12,793 nucleotides of DNA from Fidelibacterota bacterium (GTDB taxonomy: Bacteria > Fidelibacterota > Marinisomatia > Marinisomatales > TCS55), in the NCBI GenBank assembly GCA_027251445.1, contig JAPNQO010000044.1:1-12793 (forward strand). Reading direction: 5' to 3'. The notes below the pieces were generated by a model. That model did no database searches. It was not told the origin of the DNA and saw only the letters and a program-made list of their open reading frames with translations. A program made the position numbers and the translations under genes. Shown piece by piece: positions 7,377 through 12,793 of the stretch; positions within the stretch are counted from its first letter, which is position 1; every line of letters starts with the position of its first letter.

Positions 7377-7463
7377 TATTAAACTATTCATTTATTTTTT
7401 AATTAAAAAAGAATAGTATATGACTCCAAACAAACAAATAATATTTGATTTAAGAGGTAGACA

Positions 7464-8252
7464 ATGAGTGATTATGTCAAAATACATACAGAAGAATCCG
7501 TTTTAAAGATAGGCTTTAATCGTCCTGATAAAAAAAATGCATTGAATTCACAAATGTATTATGCTGCTAAAGATGCATTAGTATCAGCAAGCAATGATTC
7601 AAGTATTCGAGTTGTATTATTGTATGGAGAAGGAGGAGATTTTACTTCTGGAAATGATGTGAAGGATTTTTTAGCATTTGCTACAACAAAATTATCGGAG
7701 GGGAATGATATTCAATTTCCAGCAAAAGAATTTTTAGATGTTCTCATTCCATTTAATAAGCCTATTATTGCTGCAGTTGATGGTGTAGCTATAGGTATTG
7801 GAGCAACAATGACGCAACACTGTGATCTTGTTTATGCTTCAAAAGAGGCAATCTTTCATATGCCATTTGTGAATCTTGGCTTAAACCCTGAAGCTGGAAC
7901 TACTTTTGTTCTTCCTAAATTAGTGGGCTACCATAATGCTGCAGATATTCTTCTTTCTGGAGAGGCTTTTAATTCCCAAAGAGCGCATGAAATTGGCTTT
8001 ATTAATGGTGTTGTTGAACAATCAGAATTAATGGATGTTTCAATGAAAAAGGCGAAGAGTATTTCTGTACTAGCTCCAACTCCTGTTCGTTTAGCAAAGC
8101 AAATGATGAAAGAACATTTTGTTAATCAATTAATTGAAGCTAATCAAAAAGAGTTTAATAGTTTTATCGAAAGAATGAAGTCGCCGGAAGCTTTAGAGGC
8201 TATGCAGGCATTTATGCAAAAAAGAAAGCCGGACTTTTCTCAATTTGATTGA
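7464..8252 (+). CDS. Enoyl-CoA hydratase/isomerase (crotonase) family protein
   Basis: NRPDKKNALN, FTSGND, KPIIAAVDGVAIGIG, PFVNLGLNPEAG, AFMQKRKPDF; GAGG RBS upstream. Confidence 0.93.
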   Translation: MSDYVKIHTEESVLKIGFNRPDKKNALNSQMYYAAKDALVSASNDSSIRVVLLYGEGGDFTSGNDVKDFLAFATTKLSEGNDIQFPAKEFLDVLIPFNKPIIAAVDGVAIGIGATMTQHCDLVYASKEAIFHMPFVNLGLNPEAGTTFVLPKLVGYHNAADILLSGEAFNSQRAHEIGFINGVVEQSELMDVSMKKAKSISVLAPTPVRLAKQMMKEHFVNQLIEANQKEFNSFIERMKSPEALEAMQAFMQKRKPDFSQFD

Positions 8253-8283
8253 TATGTACTTTAAATAATAATAGGGGAACAAA

Positions 8284-8517
8284 ATGAAGCAGTATTTACA
8301 AGGATTATCTACAGGAGTACTATTGTCATCATTTATATTTTTCTTTATGGGCCAAACTGATTATAAAATGAAATCCTGGGAAGCAAGGCCAGAAAAATCT
8401 AATGATGAAATTTTCTCTTTACTTAAAGATATTCAAATTGAAATTAAAGATGGTATCAATTGTGAAGGTGGATATGTAGAATATGTAACTCGCGGTGTTA
8501 AAGTTGATTGTGATTAA
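8284..8517 (+). CDS. Small hypothetical protein with N-terminal membrane anchor
   Basis: AGGGGA RBS, hydrophobic N-terminus (GLSTGVLLSSFIFFFMG), two C-terminal Cys; tightly packed between neighbours. Confidence 0.7.
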   Translation: MKQYLQGLSTGVLLSSFIFFFMGQTDYKMKSWEARPEKSNDEIFSLLKDIQIEIKDGINCEGGYVEYVTRGVKVDCD

Positions 8518-8531
8518 AGATTTGATTTCTT

Positions 8532-9497
8532 ATGCCCAATAAATCTGCAATTAATTTAATTGAAGCAGAGATTGCTGCTCTTAACGCACTTTTAAAAACA
8601 TTAGATGAATCATTTGATTCTGCTGTAGATCATATAGTTAATTGTTCAGGAAAAATTATTGTTATTGGCATTGGTAAATCTGGTCATGTAGGGAATAAAA
8701 TGGCAGCTACATTTGCCAGTTTAGGCACACCTGCATTTTTTTTACATGCAGGAGATGCAATGCATGGTGATTTAGGAATGATTAGTAGTGATGATGTTTG
8801 TATCTTGGTTTCATATAGTGGTAAAAGTTCTGAATTAGTTGAAATATTGAAACCAATTAATCGTATAGGAGCTAAGACAATATCAATAACTGGAAAACCA
8901 GAATCTACCCTAGCAAAACAAACTGATTTACATCTTGATATTGGTGTCCGTGTAGAGGCTGATCCTTTAGGTCTAGCGCCAACCTCAAGTTCAACTGCGA
9001 CTCTAGTTTTAGGTGATGCATTGGCGATTGCAGTAATGGAAAATCGAGGTTTTGAAGAGAAAGATTTTGCAGACCGACATCCTGGTGGTATTTTAGGAAA
9101 AAAATTATTGCTTACTGTAGATCAAATATTTCATGAAGGCGATAAGATGCCTTTAATCAATAAAAATAATACAATACAAGAAGCATTGTTAACAATTTCT
9201 GAAAAGGGGCTTGGTTTTACTGGTGTAGTAAATGAGGAAGGTATGCTTGTTGGGATTATAACAGATGGAGATATTCGTAGAGGATTTGAAAAAGGAAATA
9301 ATAATTTATTTAATGCCAATGTAGATTCTATTATGACAGCTAAACCCAGGAGTATTCCAACAAATACATTAGCTATCAAAGCTTTAGAGATTATGGAGCA
9401 ACATAGCATTACCTCACTTTTTGTTCATAAACAAGATAAACCAGATGAATTAAGAGGTGTAGTTCATATTCATGATATTCTTAATTCGGGTATATAG
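8532..9497 (+). CDS. kdsD: KpsF/GutQ family arabinose-5-phosphate isomerase (SIS + tandem CBS)
   Basis: GIGKSGHVG, TFASLGTPAFFLH, AMHGDLGMI, SYSG, LAPTSS, GDALA, HPGGILG, GIITDGDIRR, GVVHIHD. Confidence 0.93.
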   Translation: MPNKSAINLIEAEIAALNALLKTLDESFDSAVDHIVNCSGKIIVIGIGKSGHVGNKMAATFASLGTPAFFLHAGDAMHGDLGMISSDDVCILVSYSGKSSELVEILKPINRIGAKTISITGKPESTLAKQTDLHLDIGVRVEADPLGLAPTSSSTATLVLGDALAIAVMENRGFEEKDFADRHPGGILGKKLLLTVDQIFHEGDKMPLINKNNTIQEALLTISEKGLGFTGVVNEEGMLVGIITDGDIRRGFEKGNNNLFNANVDSIMTAKPRSIPTNTLAIKALEIMEQHSITSLFVHKQDKPDELRGVVHIHDILNSGI

Positions 9498-9534
9498 TTT
9501 TACAATTATTCTTTATTGATTCACTAGCATAATT

Positions 9535-11091
9535 ATGAAATTACATTGGCTTGATGTTCTAACTCTTATTTCATATTTATTAGTTATTGTTTCAGTGGGA
9601 ATATATTTCTCACGCAAAAACACTTCTACTGAAGGCTATTTTGTAGGAAATAGATCATACTCAGGATGGGTAATTGGTTTAAGTATGATTGGTACTTCGA
9701 TTAGTTCGATTACATTTCTTGCTTATCCAGCAGATAGCTTCAAGACTTCTTGGCTTCGCTTTTTACCAAATATTGTACTTCCTATTGTTATCATTACGTC
9801 CGCATATTTATTTCTTCCTTTTTTCAAAAGAAATAATATTATATCAGCATACGAATACCTTGAAAATAGGTTTGGTCCATCTGTTCGTATTTATGGTGCT
9901 GTAACATTTTTAATAGGTCAGCTTGTACGAATCAGTCTCATATTATATTTATTATCACTAATGGTACATGAGGTAACCAGTTTATCCATCTTACAAAGTA
10001 TTTTGTTATCTGGAATTGTTGTAGGCCTGTATACAATTATTGGAGGAATTGAAGCAGTAATTTGGACTGATGTTATTCAAACAATTACTTTAGTATCTGG
10101 AGGTATAATATGTATTGGAGTAATTATATATCAACTCCCTCAAGGTTTCTCACAAATTATTGATATAGCATTAACTAATAATAAATTAAGTTTTTCAGAA
10201 TTAAAGGATGGAATATTACATCCTGTACCATGGGGTATTTCATTATCTAATAAAACTGGAATTATGATGATTCTATTAGGGCTTTCATGGTTCTTCCAAG
10301 AATATATAACAAACCAAAATATTATTCAGAGATATGCAGCAACGAAAAACGAATCCGAAGCACGTAAAGCTATGTTCATATCAACAATCAATATTCCTAT
10401 ATGGGCTTTTTTCATGTTTTTGGGAACATCTTTATACGCATTTTTTCAAGTTTTTCCTTCTGAAGCTGCCACAGAAATGCTTACAGGGAATCGTAATGCA
10501 GAAGATATTTTACCTTTTTTTATTATAAACTATTTACCAGCTGGTGTATCTGGTTTAATTATTGCAGCTGCAATTGCAGCTGCAATGTCTTCATTAGATT
10601 CTAGTATTAACTCTATTGCAACGGTGAGTGTTCATGATATTTATCGTCGTCACATTGCGCTAAATAAAAATGACCTTCATTATTTATATGTTGCATGGTA
10701 TATAGCAACCTTGGCATCAATAATAATGATTATTGGTGCCTGTATCTTAGAGTATTCAAAAATGAATACATTGCAGGATACTTATAATACAATTGGTTCT
10801 ATAGTAATGGGTGGTGTGTTGGGCCTATATTTATTAGGGTTCTGTACAAAACGTGGAAGAGAAAGATCCGTATGGTTTGGTATAGTATTAACAATAATAT
10901 TTTCTTTGTGGACGGTACTTGCTAAATACGAATTTCTGCCTGCTTGGCTTCAAGCACCATTTGATTTATACTATACAGGTATTTTAGGACAAATTGTTAT
11001 GTTTGCAGGTATATTTGTTGGAGCAATATTATTTTCTGATTCGAATAAAAATTTGCAAAATTTAACTATCTGGACAAAAAGTAATAAATGA
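9535..11091 (+). CDS. Sodium:solute symporter (SSS/SLC5), SiaT/NIS-like subgroup
   Basis: YFVGNRS, SISSITFLAYP, SAYEYLENRFG, YTIIGGIEAVIWTDVIQ, QNIIQRY, AAAMSSLDSSINS; many transmembrane segments. Confidence 0.92.
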   Translation: MKLHWLDVLTLISYLLVIVSVGIYFSRKNTSTEGYFVGNRSYSGWVIGLSMIGTSISSITFLAYPADSFKTSWLRFLPNIVLPIVIITSAYLFLPFFKRNNIISAYEYLENRFGPSVRIYGAVTFLIGQLVRISLILYLLSLMVHEVTSLSILQSILLSGIVVGLYTIIGGIEAVIWTDVIQTITLVSGGIICIGVIIYQLPQGFSQIIDIALTNNKLSFSELKDGILHPVPWGISLSNKTGIMMILLGLSWFFQEYITNQNIIQRYAATKNESEARKAMFISTINIPIWAFFMFLGTSLYAFFQVFPSEAATEMLTGNRNAEDILPFFIINYLPAGVSGLIIAAAIAAAMSSLDSSINSIATVSVHDIYRRHIALNKNDLHYLYVAWYIATLASIIMIIGACILEYSKMNTLQDTYNTIGSIVMGGVLGLYLLGFCTKRGRERSVWFGIVLTIIFSLWTVLAKYEFLPAWLQAPFDLYYTGILGQIVMFAGIFVGAILFSDSNKNLQNLTIWTKSNK

Positions 11092-11164
11092 AACAGGGAA
11101 ATTGCTATTTCTAATTCTAGAGTGTAAGATTAATGAAAGATATTATTAAAAAATTTAAATAGCT

Positions 11165-12163
11165 TTGTACAGCGTATTTATAGATTGGGTCTTCATGGAA
11201 GACAATAGCAAAGAACTTAATGAGTTCTTGAATGCTATAAATAAAAAAAGAAATGATCTTTTTTTTACTATTCTTGTCCCAAAAAAATCACATTTTACTA
11301 GACGATTGGATCAATTCAAAAACGTTGAATATGTTCAAGATGTAGAAAACAGGTTTGAAGAACCTGGTAAAGAAATTTCTGCAATGCCTTACATAAATAA
11401 ATATATATATGATAAACTAGATGTACTTCAAAAGAACAACCAATCAGGATTATCCAAAAAAGATAAACGGGTCATGGATTTAATAGAAGGTATGAGAGAA
11501 TCATTTTTTATGACTGAGAGATGGGCTGCAACATATAATCCTGCAAACTTTCGATCCGTTCAAGAAAATGTAGATAATCCAAGATTATTTTGGAGAGATT
11601 GGGATGTTGATTTGATATTGTCTTTTCATCCAGCAATTATGCATAAACATATAGAACACTTTGATAAAAATACAGATATGGATCCAAAATATATTAGCTT
11701 ATGTGGAAAACAATATTGGGATATTATTAAAAAGTGGGAAGGGCACCTTTCTATCCCATCAATTTTTCAAAATAAAAATAATCATGCTTTTTTTGTTGAA
11801 AGCAATGACTTAGCTGTAGAATTATTTTCATCTTTAATCCCTATTAATCAAAAGAAATTATTACTCAGATTTGTTAAGTCTCTACAAAGAATGGATTTTA
11901 ATTGGAAAAAAAGAAAATCACTGGATTTGTTAAATCGTATCATAACAGATGCATTAGATGATTTAAAACCTTTAAAAAAAGTTAATCCTGCTTATCAAAA
12001 AATGAGAAACTTTATACGAACAAAAAAAAGAGTAACTAAAAGAGAATTAATTAATAAGATGGAGTGGGGAAACACATCAAACTTTCAGCCATATAGGAAT
12101 AGACTTAGAAATGAAAAAAATATTCGATTAATTGGTAATAACTCATATGAATGGGTAGCATAA
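11165..12163 (+). CDS. Hypothetical soluble protein; possible degenerate glycosyltransferase-like fold with basic C-terminal helical domain
   Basis: 332-aa ORF (TTG 11165, or ATG 11195). The CDS itself is well supported by length; the functional guess is weak. Confidence 0.65.
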   Translation: MYSVFIDWVFMEDNSKELNEFLNAINKKRNDLFFTILVPKKSHFTRRLDQFKNVEYVQDVENRFEEPGKEISAMPYINKYIYDKLDVLQKNNQSGLSKKDKRVMDLIEGMRESFFMTERWAATYNPANFRSVQENVDNPRLFWRDWDVDLILSFHPAIMHKHIEHFDKNTDMDPKYISLCGKQYWDIIKKWEGHLSIPSIFQNKNNHAFFVESNDLAVELFSSLIPINQKKLLLRFVKSLQRMDFNWKKRKSLDLLNRIITDALDDLKPLKKVNPAYQKMRNFIRTKKRVTKRELINKMEWGNTSNFQPYRNRLRNEKNIRLIGNNSYEWVA

Positions 12164-12756
12164 TCAAGATTAAAGCAATTCATTCACTCTGGTATATTAT
12201 TTTTGGACTATTCTTTTTTATATACTCATGTAGTGACAATGATAATAAAGTTGAAAATCGATTTAATCCTTTAGTGCAAGGAGATTCTTCTGCTATAATA
12301 TATGAAGGTGATACACTGTGGATTCCACAGCAATTATATTGTCATAATGATGATAGTGACACTTGGAAATTATCCAATTATAATGGTGCATATAATGGTG
12401 GAGATCATCATGTCATTTTATTGACATGGTTTGCAAGTTACTGAGGACTTTGTCAAGCGGAGGCTCCGAAAATTCAATCATTATATAACCAGCATTACGA
12501 TGAAGGATTACGTGTTTTCACCTTTGGTTTAGATTGGGGCTCTATGGATTGCGATGCTTGGGGAGAGACCTTTGATCTTTCTTTTCCTATTTTAGATGAC
12601 TCCTATTATAATATTTTCCCAATGATAACAGATAATTATTATATACCACATAACGTGGTAATTAATCATGAAATGGAAGTAGTATATTCAGTTGGTGGGT
12701 ATGACCACACATCTTTAGTTAATGCATTACAATCAGCAATGCAGGATTTACCATAA
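12151..12756 (+). CDS. Putative selenoprotein: thioredoxin-fold (TlpA/ResA/AhpC-like) lipoprotein, Sec at TGA 12442-12444 in a UxxC motif, 201 aa
   Basis: ORFs 12151-12444 and 12544-12756 share a frame with no other stop between them. Readthrough gives VILLTWFASY-U-GLCQAEAPKIQSLYNQHYDEGLRVF...FPILDD...IPHNVVIN, matching the TlpA pattern FWASWCxPCxxExP and the cis-Pro motif. Lipobox-like FIYSC (Cys27). Confidence 0.85.
12445..12475 (+). promoter_or_regulatory. Candidate bacterial SECIS element
   Basis: Immediately 3' of the TGA: upper stem CGGA 12458-12461 / TCCG 12465-12468 with GGC loop starting 17 nt after the UGA; imperfect lower stem 12445-12451 / 12469-12475. Confidence 0.6.
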
Positions 12757-12793
12757 TAATGATATATAATATTGTAAAAATACTTATATCTGC

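Noticed and set aside
3757..10528. Remaining short overlapping ORFs (3757-3981, 4210-4614, 6569-6778, 6851-7141, 9131-9409 on -; 9689-9904, 10334-10528 on +)
   Set aside because: All overlap better-supported genes and lack family motifs.
10561..10586. Tandem palindrome ATTGCAGCTGCAATTGCAGCTGCAAT
   Set aside because: Explained by coding of IAAAIAAAM in the conserved SSS helix.
11133..11162. ATG 11133 micro-ORF (MKDIIKKFK) as a frameshifted start of the 11165 gene
   Set aside because: A TAA at 11156-11158 in the downstream gene's frame blocks a -1 shift at the A6 run, and there is no suitable slippery heptamer after it.
12442..12444. Nonsense mutation (pseudogene) or genome-wide UGA reassignment
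   Set aside because: The stop sits precisely at the catalytic Cys position with a SECIS-like hairpin, both halves are intact, and TGA acts as a true stop in four other genes. A pseudogene is not fully excluded without seeing the sel genes.
1..12793. CRISPR array, tRNA, rRNA, transposase, integrase or known defence genes
   Set aside because: No spaced direct repeats, cloverleaf or corresponding protein motifs seen by eye.

Overview
AT-rich bacterial window with all credible CDSs on the + strand. A C-terminal 'YPNPFNP...K' T9SS-type sorting domain and acidic 'D-x-N-x-N-G...GE' repeats suggest an FCB-group marine bacterium, possibly Marinimicrobia/Marinisomatota (inference). Gene order: 3' end of a secreted protein, terminator, MscS, CPBP/CAAX protease, cupin, a ~430-nt structured intergenic region, NUDIX hydrolase, TonB-dependent receptor, Cys/His-rich lipoprotein, hypothetical protein, enoyl-CoA hydratase/isomerase, small membrane protein, KpsF/GutQ (KdsD), sodium:solute symporter, hypothetical protein, and a thioredoxin-like lipoprotein. 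The ORF track misses three things. (1) The last two ORFs are one gene interrupted by an in-frame TGA in a U-x-x-C redox motif followed by a SECIS-like hairpin, i.e. a probable selenoprotein. (2) 2939-3063 holds a complete leader-peptide attenuator (22-aa peptide, 16-bp antiterminator, terminator) with no biosynthetic operon behind it. (3) Directly after it lies a ~105-nt three-way-junction RNA candidate carrying an exact copy of the 16S anti-Shine-Dalgarno tail (TCACCTCCTTA), with a sigma70-like promoter facing it from the opposite strand. No database searches were run; family calls come from motif recognition.
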